Source of the DNA: an uncultured Candidatus Saccharibacteria bacterium
GTDB lineage: Bacteria; Patescibacteriota; Saccharimonadia; Saccharimonadales; CAIOMD01
Assembly (NCBI GenBank): GCA_903859365.1
Contig: CAIOMD010000011.1
Span: 17,467-81,466 of the forward strand
Length of the DNA stretch: 64,000 bases
Direction of reading: 5' to 3'
The notes under the pieces are model-generated. The model worked only from the letters and a program-made list of their open reading frames with translations. It did not search any database and had not been told where the DNA came from. The position numbers and the translations under genes are program-made. Below, one piece after another: positions 36,601 to 46,721 of this stretch. Position 1 is the stretch's first letter; each line of letters begins with the position of its first letter.

Positions 36601-37002
36601 ATGAAAAAAAATCCTGAAGAATGGAAGAAAATCCTTACCCCTGAGCAGTATGCAGTACTAATCGATAAAGAAACTGAAGTGCCATTTACTGGAGAGTATC
36701 TCTATAACGAAGAAGATGGTACGTATGATTGTGCCGCCTGCCACGCGCCACTTTTTGCGAGCGAGACAAAATTTGAAGCTCACTGTGGCTGGCCTTCATT
36801 TAATAATGTTATTAGCGATAAAGCAGTAATTCTAAAAGAAGATCGATCAGCTGGCATGCAACGAGTTGAAGTTGTATGTGGTAATTGCGGGGGGCACCTG
36901 GGACATGTATTTAATGACGCACCCGATCAACCAACGGGTGTACGATTTTGCATTAATTCTGCTGCACTAAATTTTGCTGCTGATAAAAAACGCACTACAT
37001 AA
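36601..37002 (+). CDS. msrB: Peptide-methionine (R)-S-oxide reductase MsrB
   Basis: Two CxxC zinc pairs (CAAC, CGNC), GWPSF, GHLGHVF and the catalytic RFCINS. Confidence 0.95.
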   Translation: MKKNPEEWKKILTPEQYAVLIDKETEVPFTGEYLYNEEDGTYDCAACHAPLFASETKFEAHCGWPSFNNVISDKAVILKEDRSAGMQRVEVVCGNCGGHLGHVFNDAPDQPTGVRFCINSAALNFAADKKRTT

Positions 37003-37031
37003 ACACTTTTAAAGTGTATAATCTCTAAACA

Positions 37032-37577
37032 ATGAACAAAAAATCTGCATCTATGCCTGAAAAATTACTCTGGGTTGATCTTGAAATGACCGGACTCGAC
37101 CCGGCTAAGGATCGGATTTTGGAAGTTGCGGCCATTGTTACTGATTTTAATTTTAATGAGTTAGCCTTATTTGAGTCTATTGTTCACCAATCGAAAACAA
37201 TTATTGCTTCGAGCAACCAATGGTCATTGGATGCGCATACAAAAAGCGGCCTTCTCGATAAAATTGAGCACGCCCCAAGAGAAGAAGATGTTCGAAATGA
37301 ATTTGTCGCTTTCATTAAAGCAAACTTCAAAGAAGAGTCCGCAACCCTTGCCGGCAATAGTATTCATCAAGACCGTCGCTTTATCGACGCCTGGTGGCCC
37401 GATGTCGCTCAACTTTTGCACTACAGAATGGTCGATGTCAGCAGCTTTAAAATTATTATGCAAACTAAATACAGTAGAGTTTTTGCTAAGTCGGAGTCTC
37501 ATCGAGCGCTTGAAGACATTAGGGAATCAATTGCTGAGCTTAAATACTATCTTTATTTGGAAGAAAGAAAACGATGA
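37032..37577 (+). CDS. orn: Oligoribonuclease (DEDDh exonuclease)
   Basis: LLWVDLEMTGLDP, AGNSIHQDRRF and HRALEDI motifs. Confidence 0.9.
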   Translation: MNKKSASMPEKLLWVDLEMTGLDPAKDRILEVAAIVTDFNFNELALFESIVHQSKTIIASSNQWSLDAHTKSGLLDKIEHAPREEDVRNEFVAFIKANFKEESATLAGNSIHQDRRFIDAWWPDVAQLLHYRMVDVSSFKIIMQTKYSRVFAKSESHRALEDIRESIAELKYYLYLEERKR

Positions 37578-37894
37578 ATTTTGAAGTAATAGATAAAACG
37601 TTAATGAGCTATGAGAATGTTAGCAAGTCATTTCCGTATGGCGAAAATATTTCTGTATATAAAGCTGGCGATATGCTCTTTGCGCTAGTGCAAAATACAA
37701 CCGATCCACTTCGTATAAGTCTGCGCTGTGATGAACAACTCGCTGCATTACTGAGGGAGAAATATGAAACGGTCTTGCCTGGTCAAAAATTAAACCAAAA
37801 AAAATGGAATACTATTATCTTAAGTGGTCAGCTCAGTGTTGACGAAATTTTTGATCTTATCCGCCATAGCTATAATCTTGCAACTAATTCGTAG
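37574..37894 (+). CDS. MmcQ/YjbR family DNA-binding protein
   Basis: FPYGENISVYKAGDMLFAL, LRCDEQLAALLREKY, PGQKLNQKKWNT and IRHSYNL match the family pattern. The start overlaps the orn stop. Confidence 0.75.
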   Translation: MNFEVIDKTLMSYENVSKSFPYGENISVYKAGDMLFALVQNTTDPLRISLRCDEQLAALLREKYETVLPGQKLNQKKWNTIILSGQLSVDEIFDLIRHSYNLATNS

Positions 37895-38483
37895 GAATAT
37901 TTTGTACTAGTGACTTTGTGTCTTCGTAGAATGATTGTAGCTGTTTTTTTGTGGCAGTACTTTTTGTTGCAGTGTATGTGGTCTGAATAGTGGCGGCATA
38001 GTCGCCAAGGCGAGCAATCATGAGTGCATCATAGGTGCTATCGTAGGTACCGCCATTAAATGCTTGTTGTAGCTGATCGATATATTTAGTATTTGAATAA
38101 GGAGCAATAAGTTTGGCGGGTTTCTTTTGACCCAGTTTTGAGAGGATCGAATTAGTCTGAGTACTTTCACTTGTTAGCACTGCCCTCACTGTTGCCGCAT
38201 TATTTAGTGTCGTAGTATTTTGAGAGTTTTTTGTAGCATCAGTTGTAATGTCTATCATGTCATTTTGTTTTGCCGCTAATTTATAGAAATCTACTAAAAC
38301 TGAACCATTTGAACCTGAGATAATTGATGTAACGATAAAGAAAATAATTAGCAAGGCAATCCCTCCCGCAACTACTACAAGCAGTCTTGTGGTTTGCGAT
38401 CCACTCGAAGGAGCACGCCGAGCCTTATTCTTTTCAGGATTCAAGATAAAATCGTAATTATTGGAAGGCTGTTCATTATTCAT
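37884..38483 (-). CDS. Hypothetical membrane-anchored protein (199 aa)
   Basis: A single N-terminal TM helix (LLVVVAGGIALLIIFFIV) precedes a Thr/Ser-rich extracytoplasmic region. The 3' end overlaps the convergent gene by 11 nt. Confidence 0.5.
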   Translation of the reverse strand: MNNEQPSNNYDFILNPEKNKARRAPSSGSQTTRLLVVVAGGIALLIIFFIVTSIISGSNGSVLVDFYKLAAKQNDMIDITTDATKNSQNTTTLNNAATVRAVLTSESTQTNSILSKLGQKKPAKLIAPYSNTKYIDQLQQAFNGGTYDSTYDALMIARLGDYAATIQTTYTATKSTATKKQLQSFYEDTKSLVQNIPTN

Positions 38484-38572
38484 AATATAGTACTAATAGC
38501 ATAACCAATTTTATTCTGAGGTGCTAGTGCTTGTGCTTGTTTCCCCTATGTACGTGTACAATTACAACTAGT

Positions 38573-40318
38573 ATGGACGCAGTTGAAGATATAAAAAATA
38601 GACTATCAGTTGAAGATGTAATCGGCGATTACATGGAACTGAAAAGGGCAGGAAGGAATTTCCGAGGCCTATCTCCTTTTAATAGTGAAAAAAGCCCTAG
38701 TTTTATGGTGAGTCCAGAAAAACAAATATGGCATGATTTCAGCAGCGGTAAGGGCGGCAATATGTTCAGTTTTGTTATGGAAATGGAAGGAGTAGACTTC
38801 AGAGGTTCTCTTGAGATTCTCGCTAAAAAAGCCGGCATAGACCTTGGGGTTTACCAAAAAAATGATGGAAAGTACAGGCAACAGAAAGAAAAATTACTAG
38901 AAGCTGTTGAGCTTGCAACAAAATATTATGAGCAGTCACTTTTAAAAAATCAGCTTGCACTCGACTATGTACTTAAGCAGCGAAACTTTAATAAAGAAAC
39001 ACTACAGAATTTTCGACTTGGTTATGCGCCGTATTCAGGGTCAGCACTTGTAGATTTTTTAAAAAAGAGAGGTATAGCTGAAGATATCATTTTGAAGGCA
39101 GGTCTCGGATCTCGGCAGTATCGAGGGGTGGCCGATATGTTTAGAGGGAGAGTTACGGTTTCCCTGGCTGATCCGCAAGGTGCACCCATAGGATTTACGG
39201 CTCGAATACTCAGTAACGATATCGATGCGCCAAAGTATATAAATACTCCACAAACTGCACTGTACGATAAAAGTCGCCATGTATTCGGCCTCCATCTCGC
39301 TAAAGATGCTATTCGTCGATCTGGTTTTGTGGTTATTGTTGAAGGAAATCTTGACGTCATCGCTTCTCATCAAGCTGGAATAAAAAATGTTGTTGCTACC
39401 GCTGGCACCGCCATCACTCAGTATCACTTGAAAGCACTGCATCGTTTTACTTCAGATATTCGTCTTTGCTTTGACCAGGATAATGCCGGCATAAACGCGG
39501 CAGAGCGGGCCATTTCTGTAGCGCAGGGCGCAAAGGTGCAGCTGTCCATTATTTCTATAAAGCACTCAAAAGATCCCGATGAGCTTATTCAAAAAGACCC
39601 CAAACTATGGGTTGAGGCTATTGAAAAGCCACAATATGCACTCGATTGGTTGATAGATCGATATAGTTCACTCTTTGATATCTCATCAGCCAGAGGCAAG
39701 AAAGACTTTACTGACAAACTCATGGAAACGATGACGTATTTAGAGGATGAGGTTGAGCGAGATCATTATTTAATGAAACTTGCCGAATTACTAGCTATAG
39801 GAGAGCAGGCTATCCGAACAAAGCTCGATGTTTTCAGTGAATTGAAAAAAGAAAAACAACCCAAAAAGATAATCGCCAGTCCTGAACAAAATATAGTTGA
39901 CCCCTACATGTATCAAGATCAAATACTTTGTCTTCTTGTAGCATTTCCAATAACGAGGCGATTGCTTGAGACAGAAACAACACCACTTAACTTTAATAGT
40001 CCACATCGACAAAGAATCTACGACTATATTCAATCCAATCCACATAGCTCTTTAAATGAAAATACTCCTAAGGAGTTGCAAGATGATGAGGACTATGTCA
40101 AAATATTATTATTCAAAGCTGAAGAGCTCTATAACAGATTCGACTCTAACGAGCGACTGAGAGAGCTAAGAGATTTAATCCACAAACTAACAAAAAAATA
40201 TCAAAAAGATCAAAAAACACAGCTCACCGAAGAAATTCGAAATGCCGAACTAGTAGGTGATGAAGTTTTGGTGGCAAAACTACTCAATAAATTCAACGAA
40301 TTATTAAAAAAAGAATAG
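38573..40318 (+). CDS. dnaG: DNA primase DnaG
   Basis: The zinc-ribbon region is SPFNSEKSPSFMVSPEKQIWHDFSSGKGGN and the TOPRIM motif is VIVEGNLDVI. I chose the start at MDAVEDIK (38573), since conserved primase sequence begins there. The ORF track starts at 38531. Confidence 0.9.
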   Translation: MDAVEDIKNRLSVEDVIGDYMELKRAGRNFRGLSPFNSEKSPSFMVSPEKQIWHDFSSGKGGNMFSFVMEMEGVDFRGSLEILAKKAGIDLGVYQKNDGKYRQQKEKLLEAVELATKYYEQSLLKNQLALDYVLKQRNFNKETLQNFRLGYAPYSGSALVDFLKKRGIAEDIILKAGLGSRQYRGVADMFRGRVTVSLADPQGAPIGFTARILSNDIDAPKYINTPQTALYDKSRHVFGLHLAKDAIRRSGFVVIVEGNLDVIASHQAGIKNVVATAGTAITQYHLKALHRFTSDIRLCFDQDNAGINAAERAISVAQGAKVQLSIISIKHSKDPDELIQKDPKLWVEAIEKPQYALDWLIDRYSSLFDISSARGKKDFTDKLMETMTYLEDEVERDHYLMKLAELLAIGEQAIRTKLDVFSELKKEKQPKKIIASPEQNIVDPYMYQDQILCLLVAFPITRRLLETETTPLNFNSPHRQRIYDYIQSNPHSSLNENTPKELQDDEDYVKILLFKAEELYNRFDSNERLRELRDLIHKLTKKYQKDQKTQLTEEIRNAELVGDEVLVAKLLNKFNELLKKE

Positions 40319-40327
40319 GAGCTCTCA

Positions 40328-41437
40328 ATGGCTGATGACGCACAGATGAAAGTTTTAAAAGAAGCTAAAAATCTATTACTCGAAAAAGCAAAAAAAGAAG
40401 GTAAGATTGAGCAGAAAGAAATTTTTGCTTCAATTCCTGACGTACCCGAAAATCTAGATTTACTTGATGCATTGTATACAGAACTATCCGAAGGTGCTAT
40501 AGAATTAATCCCTCTTGATGAACCTATTGCAGAATTTGAAGCAGAGTGGGTAGCTGAAGAGGAAGAGGAAGAGGTCGTTGTAGACCAGGCGGCATTCTTG
40601 GATGATGTTTCTGATGACTCAGTTCGTCTATATCTAAGAGAAATTGGTAAAATCCCGCTTCTTACATCTGAGCAAGAGCTTAAACTTGCCCATGAAGTAG
40701 TTGCCGGAGACAAAAGAGCTAAAGATAAGATGGCAGAAGCGAACATGCGTTTGGTTGTTTCGATTGCTAAAAGGTATGTTGGAAGGGGCCTTGATTTGCT
40801 CGATCTTATTCAAGAGGGAAATACAGGACTCTTACGTGCGGTAGAAAAATTTGATCCAGACAAAGGCTTTAAGTTTAGTACCTATGCGACCTGGTGGATT
40901 AGACAGGCTATTACTCGAGCTATTGCCGATCAAGCTCGAACTATTCGTATTCCAGTTCACATGGTTGAGACCATTAACAAATTACTGCGAACACAGCGAA
41001 GACTTACTCAGGAACTTAATCGTGAGCCAACCAATGAAGAAATCGCCAAAGAGATGGATATAGAAGTTGAAAAAGTTGAGCATATTATGAAGATCAAACA
41101 AGATATTCATAGTCTTGATCAAAGTGTGAGAGATGATGAAGAAGACTCGGTATTAGGGGATTTCGTGGAAGACGAAGATACAATAACACCTGAAGAATCT
41201 GCAGCGAACCAACTGCTTAAAGAACAAGTCAAAGATTTGCTTGGTAGTCTGAGTGAGAGAGAACAAAAAATTGTTCGTTTGCGATTTGGACTTGAAGACG
41301 GCAAAAGTCACACACTTGAAGAAGTTGGCCAAGAATTTAGTGTCACACGAGAGCGAATTCGACAAATAGAAGCCAAAGCACTCGCTAAGCTTAGAAAACA
41401 TAAAGACAGTAAGAAATTACTCGACTATATTCGTTAA
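40328..41437 (+). CDS. rpoD: Primary RNA polymerase sigma factor (RpoD/SigA)
   Basis: Region 2 is [41 protein letters not shown]. Region 4 is [24 protein letters not shown]. dnaG-rpoD synteny is conserved. Confidence 0.95.
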   Translation: MADDAQMKVLKEAKNLLLEKAKKEGKIEQKEIFASIPDVPENLDLLDALYTELSEGAIELIPLDEPIAEFEAEWVAEEEEEEVVVDQAAFLDDVSDDSVRLYLREIGKIPLLTSEQELKLAHEVVAGDKRAKDKMAEANMRLVVSIAKRYVGRGLDLLDLIQEGNTGLLRAVEKFDPDKGFKFSTYATWWIRQAITRAIADQARTIRIPVHMVETINKLLRTQRRLTQELNREPTNEEIAKEMDIEVEKVEHIMKIKQDIHSLDQSVRDDEEDSVLGDFVEDEDTITPEESAANQLLKEQVKDLLGSLSEREQKIVRLRFGLEDGKSHTLEEVGQEFSVTRERIRQIEAKALAKLRKHKDSKKLLDYIR

Positions 41438-41440
41438 TCT

Positions 41441-41989
41441 ATGATTATAGGTATTTCAGGGACTTTCAGTAGCGGAAAAGATACGCTTGCAGCGCATCTT
41501 TCCGCAGTCCATTTAGTGCCTATTGTTAATACTGGTGACATAGTCAGACGTGAAGCGCTAGTTCGGTTTAACTCTGTCGAGCGACCCGTTTTACATAAAG
41601 TTGCCACTGAACTTCGAAAGAAATATGGCGGTGGCGTACTTGTTGAGCGCGCACTGCTTGAGCAAAATGACGCTGGAGTTATTATTACCGGTATTCGTTC
41701 AATGGGTGAGGCAAAAAAAGTGATCGAACAATCTGGTATTATGATTTTCATTGATGCGCCAATTGAGACACGGTACGAAAGAATGAAGCTCCGCAATAGG
41801 GATCAGGAAACCACGATATCATTGCAGGAATTTATAGCTCGGGAAGACACAGAACGAACTTCAGGAGATGGTGATGAAGATTTCAATATTGATGCAATAG
41901 AAAAAATTGCACAAATAAAACTTATTAATCTTGAAGACCAAGTGGCACTCTTTGGCGAAGCTGATAAAGCGCTCAAAGAATTTATCTAA
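41441..41989 (+). CDS. P-loop nucleotide/nucleoside kinase-like protein (CoaE/dNMP-kinase-like); specificity unknown
   Basis: The P-loop is GISGTFSSGKDT at the extreme N-terminus. At 182 aa it has kinase-like size. Confidence 0.4.
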   Translation: MIIGISGTFSSGKDTLAAHLSAVHLVPIVNTGDIVRREALVRFNSVERPVLHKVATELRKKYGGGVLVERALLEQNDAGVIITGIRSMGEAKKVIEQSGIMIFIDAPIETRYERMKLRNRDQETTISLQEFIAREDTERTSGDGDEDFNIDAIEKIAQIKLINLEDQVALFGEADKALKEFI

Positions 41990-42008
41990 AATAACATTTT
42001 AATACTAC

Positions 42009-42038
42009 TTGACAAAGCCTTTATGCTTTGTCTATGCT
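42009..42038 (+). promoter_or_regulatory. Candidate promoter overlapped by a perfect 8-bp inverted repeat
   Basis: The promoter reads TTGACA-N18-TATGCT. GACAAAGC (42011-42018) and GCTTTGTC (42025-42032) form a perfect palindrome with a 6-nt spacer, covering the -35 element and the spacer. Confidence 0.35.
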
Positions 42039-42105
42039 GTAGGTAGTAGAAGCGACGGTGGTTGCTAGAAAAAATTAAAATTTATTTTAAAACAAAAGGG
42101 AAAAA

Positions 42106-43296
42106 ATGGACATCAATTTTGGGCGTCCTGCGTATCAAGCTGTTGATGCGCAACTTTTAGCAGTTCAGGAAATTGCTACGCCGCACATGCAAACGAATGA
42201 AATAAAGGTATCAGCTACTACTTCAGTAGTGAACCTTATTCCAAAAAGGATTCCAACGCCCATTGACTTCGAACTTAATGCGCGAATGTATCGAAGAAAA
42301 CTGTTAGCTGAACGGTGGGCAAAACGGCTCAGTATTGTGATGTATGGATTACTTGCATTGGCAGTTTTGCTTGCTGTTATCGGATTTTGGGTAGATCATA
42401 TTTATCGGGGGAGGGCGTTACCCTATAGTTATGTTGGGTCTATCGCTATTGGCGGGTTAAGTGAGTCACAAATTGTGACCGCATTGCACCAACAGGAATC
42501 TCAAATGACTATCAGTTTCACTGATGGGGGGCTGACAACTACCGTTCCCGTCAGTAAGCTTGGAATTGACTACAATATCCAGCAGTTAGCTGATCAAATC
42601 ACCCATCACTCGTTTAATCCTTTTTTCTATCTTTCTGTTCATCATTTCACGGCAAGCCCAAACTTTACAAATGATGGGCTTGCTCAATTTTTGAATAAAT
42701 ACGTCAATAATACTAAGACTGCTCCAGAAGATGCTGTCATTATCAAGACAAAAACAGGGCTTGCTATTAAACCTGAGCTTCAGGGCTTTCAGGCAAACGC
42801 AGACTATCTCTCAAAAAATATTCTCACACAATCAGCAGATTTATCGAGTCCTACCATTAATGTGAATGTTGTAAGTACTAATCCAAAGATTTATAGTTCA
42901 GACTTGGCCGATCTATTGAGTGAAGGAAACGCACTTTTAAAAAATCCTATAACAATTAAATACGGAAATACTATTTTAACACCTTCACTACAAGATAAAT
43001 TAGCCTGGATGCAAATTACTCAAGTACCCGGTACAACGACTGATTCACTTACCTTTACTCCAGCCTTAGTTCGAGCGTACGTACTCACTCAGGCAAATAG
43101 ATTCCAGCAGCATATTACCTCAACGAGTGCACAATTGCCCGGTCAAACAGTATCGACCTATAAAGGAATGGTGATTAATAATATTGATGATGTAACTAAT
43201 CATATCGTTCAAGCAATGAACAATAGCACGCCCGCGAACGAAACCTTCACAACTTCAGAACAGACATATAATACGCTCACTACGGCCGTACACTAA
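42106..43296 (+). CDS. Hypothetical membrane-anchored protein; the extracytoplasmic region may contain VanW/YoaR-type putative peptidoglycan-binding repeats
   Basis: The TM helix is LSIVMYGLLALAVLLAVIGFWV. The segment VGSIAIGGLSESQIVTALH resembles the PG_binding_4-type motif. Support is weak. Confidence 0.4.
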   Translation: MDINFGRPAYQAVDAQLLAVQEIATPHMQTNEIKVSATTSVVNLIPKRIPTPIDFELNARMYRRKLLAERWAKRLSIVMYGLLALAVLLAVIGFWVDHIYRGRALPYSYVGSIAIGGLSESQIVTALHQQESQMTISFTDGGLTTTVPVSKLGIDYNIQQLADQITHHSFNPFFYLSVHHFTASPNFTNDGLAQFLNKYVNNTKTAPEDAVIIKTKTGLAIKPELQGFQANADYLSKNILTQSADLSSPTINVNVVSTNPKIYSSDLADLLSEGNALLKNPITIKYGNTILTPSLQDKLAWMQITQVPGTTTDSLTFTPALVRAYVLTQANRFQQHITSTSAQLPGQTVSTYKGMVINNIDDVTNHIVQAMNNSTPANETFTTSEQTYNTLTTAVH

Positions 43297-43359
43297 CTCT
43301 AGGGGACAATTCCAAGCTGTTGTCGTATACTTAAAAGTGTACAATAGCGAGGTTTTCAA

Positions 43360-45990
43360 ATAGCAGACAACAAACCGAGTAAAAGATTAGTCCTCATAGA
43401 CGGTAAAAGTATCTTTTATCGAGGCTACTATGCTATGCCAAATCTTAGCACGCAAGATGGTACTCCCACTGGTGGTGTATATGGTTTCGCGACACTCAGT
43501 CTTGAGGTTATCAAGCGACTAAAGCCAGATTATGTTGCCGTCGCTTGGGATAAACCGAAAACAAATATTAGAAAACGACTTGCGCTCTATCCAGAATACA
43601 AAGCAGGACGAAAACCGGCCCCGGCAGATTTTTATGCTCAGATTCCAATACTTCATGAACTTTTAGATTCACTCGGGTGGCCACTTTACGAGCTGGATGA
43701 TTATGAGGCTGATGATATTATTGCTGGTCTTGCGAAGAAGGCTGATGCAGAAGGAGATATTGAAACATTCATTATTACTAGTGATATGGATGCCTTGCAG
43801 TGCTTGAGCAATCATACGAAAGCGTATCTCCTAAAAAAAGGCCTAAGCAATATTGAAGAATTTCATCCTGAAAGTTTTGAGAAAAAATATGGGCTTAAGA
43901 CGGAACAGTTCTTAGATTTAAAAGCACTACAAGGAGATACAAGTGATAATATCCCAGGTGTCCCTGGGATTGGTATTAAAACAGCTACCGAACTCCTTCA
44001 ACGGTATCAAACCCTAGACGGAATCTACGAAAATGTCGAACTGATCAGCGGCGCAACGCATGACAAGCTCGTACGGGGTAAAGAGTCGGCTTATTTGAGT
44101 AAGCAGGTAGCAACTCTTTTTATTGACGCTCCGATTGAGCTTGATTTACAAAAGATGGATGTCCATAATTTTGATTTACAGCGATTAAGAGAAAATTTAA
44201 AAAAACTTGAATTCAGGGCAATACTGCGGCAACTCGATACTATTGAAGTGCCGGCATCTATCGATGAGCCCGCAATTGATTCTAATGAACAACTACTCGA
44301 AAGAAAAACAATGAATACACTAACGATGGTTGCACCAAGTAGTGAATTTTTTGAAGAAGCTCAAGAGGTGTACGTGTATGCGCGCAGTAGTCTTAAGCAA
44401 GGAAGGGATCCACTTTTTGTGGTTGCTGGTACTCAAAAAGGCGTTACAATTTTGACTAAAGAACACCATGCGCTCATTAAAATTCTTAGCCAGAAGCCAT
44501 TAATCGGCTACGATCTCAAGAAATCACTAAAGACACTTATGGATCTTGGCGGGAAAGACTTCGTTGTCGGACATGATGTTCAAGTAGCTGCATTTTTACT
44601 CAATTCACTTGATAGAGCACTGAGCCTGCAAGAAATCGCTGAACATGAACACATTGTAATTGAGGATGTAACAGACGTTCCTAACGAAGATATAGGTGAA
44701 TACGCTGTACAGTACATCTCGGGGCTTATTGAAATGACAAAAAAACAGCGACAAGCTATAGAAAAACTCCCCAAACTTGCAAAACTTGCTGAAGAAATTG
44801 AATGGCCTATCATACCAATTCTTGCGAAGATGGAGAAAAAGGGAATCTTACTCGACAGCGCTTATTTAGAAAAAATGTCCGTAGTTTTAGAGGACAAAAT
44901 AAGTGATCTTGAACAAACAATTTATGGATTCGCAGAAGAAGAATTTAATATTTCAAGTCCGCAACAGTTGGCAAAGATTTTGTTTGAAACAATGAAACTG
45001 CCAAGTAAAGGAATTAAAAAGGGAAAAACCGGTTTTAGCACAGCGGCTAATGAACTGGAAAAATTGCGCCTCCTGCACCCCATCATTGATTGTATTAGCG
45101 CTTACCGAGAATATACGAAATTAAAAAGTACTTACGTTGACGCCTTGCCCAACCAAGCTGACGAAGAAAACAGGGTGCACACTTCATTCAACCTTACTGT
45201 GGCGCAAACTGGAAGATTAAGTAGTACAGACCCAAATTTGCAAAATATTCCGGTTCGGAGTGAGCTTGGCAAAACTATTCGAACAGCTTTTGTTGCAGAT
45301 GAGGGTTGTGTGTTTGTAAGCGCTGATTATAGTCAATTTGAGCTACGTCTGGCGGCCGTATTGGCTAAAGATAGCGATATGATTGAGGTTTTTAATAATG
45401 GTGAAGATATTCATGTCAGAACCGCTTCTGAGATATATGGTATCGCACTCGAAGATGTAACGAATGAGCAAAGAAGTGCTGCAAAAACAATCAATTTCGG
45501 GATCCTTTATGGAATGAGCCCACATGGATTAGCTGCTGCTACTGGAATGTCATATGAAGAAGCTAAAGATTTCATTGATCGATATTTTTCTACGCGAAAA
45601 CCACTAGTAGACTACATAGAATCGCTGCGTGAAAAAGCAAAAGTTAAGGGGTATGTAGAAACACTCTATGGTCGTATTCGCCCAACCCCAGATGTGAACG
45701 CTCAGAATTATATTGTTCGAGAAGCGGCGCTGAGACAAGCTGTGAATATGCCTATACAAGGAACTGAAGCGGATATCATGAAGCTTGCAATGAAAAAAGT
45801 TGAAACACTTTTGCCTAACGACTGTTATCAGTTACTTCAAATTCATGACAGCATTTTGGTTGAATGCCCAATTGATAAAAAAGAAGCAGTTGAAGCTATT
45901 TTGAAAGATGCGATGGAACAAATCGCACCAAATCTAGGGATTAAGCTACTTGTTGATGTGCATTCGGGAAATAATTGGGGAGAGCTGTAA
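43360..45990 (+). CDS. polA: DNA polymerase I (5' nuclease plus inactive-looking or short 3'-5' exo region plus polymerase domain)
   Basis: Polymerase motifs A (VSADYSQFELRLAA) and B (RSAAKTINFGILYG), plus QIHDSIL. The conserved 5'-nuclease N-terminus KRLVLIDGKSIFYRGYYA lies upstream of the first ATG (43435). I propose a start at ATA 43360, preceded by GAGG. The 5' boundary is uncertain. Confidence 0.85.
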   Translation: MADNKPSKRLVLIDGKSIFYRGYYAMPNLSTQDGTPTGGVYGFATLSLEVIKRLKPDYVAVAWDKPKTNIRKRLALYPEYKAGRKPAPADFYAQIPILHELLDSLGWPLYELDDYEADDIIAGLAKKADAEGDIETFIITSDMDALQCLSNHTKAYLLKKGLSNIEEFHPESFEKKYGLKTEQFLDLKALQGDTSDNIPGVPGIGIKTATELLQRYQTLDGIYENVELISGATHDKLVRGKESAYLSKQVATLFIDAPIELDLQKMDVHNFDLQRLRENLKKLEFRAILRQLDTIEVPASIDEPAIDSNEQLLERKTMNTLTMVAPSSEFFEEAQEVYVYARSSLKQGRDPLFVVAGTQKGVTILTKEHHALIKILSQKPLIGYDLKKSLKTLMDLGGKDFVVGHDVQVAAFLLNSLDRALSLQEIAEHEHIVIEDVTDVPNEDIGEYAVQYISGLIEMTKKQRQAIEKLPKLAKLAEEIEWPIIPILAKMEKKGILLDSAYLEKMSVVLEDKISDLEQTIYGFAEEEFNISSPQQLAKILFETMKLPSKGIKKGKTGFSTAANELEKLRLLHPIIDCISAYREYTKLKSTYVDALPNQADEENRVHTSFNLTVAQTGRLSSTDPNLQNIPVRSELGKTIRTAFVADEGCVFVSADYSQFELRLAAVLAKDSDMIEVFNNGEDIHVRTASEIYGIALEDVTNEQRSAAKTINFGILYGMSPHGLAAATGMSYEEAKDFIDRYFSTRKPLVDYIESLREKAKVKGYVETLYGRIRPTPDVNAQNYIVREAALRQAVNMPIQGTEADIMKLAMKKVETLLPNDCYQLLQIHDSILVECPIDKKEAVEAILKDAMEQIAPNLGIKLLVDVHSGNNWGEL

Positions 45991-46433
45991 TTAAGATTAA
46001 AATAAAAAAATTTAATAAGAATGCGCTCATTCCTAATTTTCAAACGAAGGGGAGTAGTGGCGCCGATCTACACGCAGCTATCTTACATCCTATTGAAATT
46101 AAGCCAATGCAGCGAGCGCTTATTCCTACCGGGATAGGACTGGAGATTCCCGAAGGCTATGAGATTCAGGTTCGAGCACGCAGTGGACTTGCGATGAAAA
46201 AAGGGCTGTCTCTAGTAAATGGAATTGGTACGATTGATGCCGATTACCGAGGTGAAATAAGTGTAATTGTGATCAATCTTGGCAACGAAACTATAACCAT
46301 AGAGCCCGACGAGCGAATTGCGCAAATAGTTTGCATAAAAACTGAGCAACTTGAATTTATTGAAGCTAGTGAATTAACTAATTCTGCCAGAGGAACACAA
46401 GGGTTTGGTAGTACTGGCACTAAGCGCGACTAA
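45975..46433 (+). CDS. dut: dUTP diphosphatase
   Basis: GSSGADL, RSGLAMKKG, IDADYRGE and GFGSTG motifs. The TTG start overlaps the polA 3' end. Confidence 0.92.
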   Translation: MGRAVIKIKIKKFNKNALIPNFQTKGSSGADLHAAILHPIEIKPMQRALIPTGIGLEIPEGYEIQVRARSGLAMKKGLSLVNGIGTIDADYRGEISVIVINLGNETITIEPDERIAQIVCIKTEQLEFIEASELTNSARGTQGFGSTGTKRD

Positions 46434-46669
46434 TAACCGATACGTATTACTAATTTTTGCGTTAAACCGCAGCGCGTTTGAATTTCTGTAATACGCATTC
46501 GAAGCTCTGAAGCAATAATGCCATTCGGTACTTTAAGCCAGATACAGTCGTTTTTAATACTTATTTCAGGTAAAAAATTAAAAAGGTTTTGGCAATATTC
46601 TCGAAGTGCAGCAATTTCAGTTGGCTCATCGAGATTCTTACTGGCTAGTAAATCTTTCAGGCTATCCAT
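46430..46669 (-). CDS. DUF721/DciA-like small protein (tentative)
   Basis: The pattern ...CIWLKVPNGIIASELRMRITEI...LVIRIG resembles DUF721 proteins. The start could be ATG 46669 or TTG 46696. Confidence 0.4.
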   Translation of the reverse strand: MDSLKDLLASKNLDEPTEIAALREYCQNLFNFLPEISIKNDCIWLKVPNGIIASELRMRITEIQTRCGLTQKLVIRIGY

Positions 46670-46721
46670 GCACTTACAGTAATTCTTTTCTCGCAAGGAG
46701 TAAAGGGGTTACAATAGTACA

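Noticed and set aside
37171-37584. 137-aa plus-strand ORF in an alternative frame
   Set aside because: It is fully nested in orn, whose DEDDh motifs are unambiguous. There is no independent SD or motif.
38551-38562. TGTAC-GT-GTACA palindrome upstream of dnaG as an operator
   Set aside because: It has 5-bp arms with a 2-nt spacer and overlaps the putative -10. It is too short to distinguish from chance in AT-rich DNA.
40210-40746. 178-aa Ser-rich ORF on the minus strand
   Set aside because: It is antisense to the dnaG 3' end and the acidic region 1 of rpoD, and is a low-complexity translation of the GAA/GAG-rich opposite strand.
41434-41796. 120-aa minus-strand ORF
   Set aside because: It is antisense to the P-loop kinase-like gene, has no motif, and the plus-strand gene is tightly coupled to rpoD.
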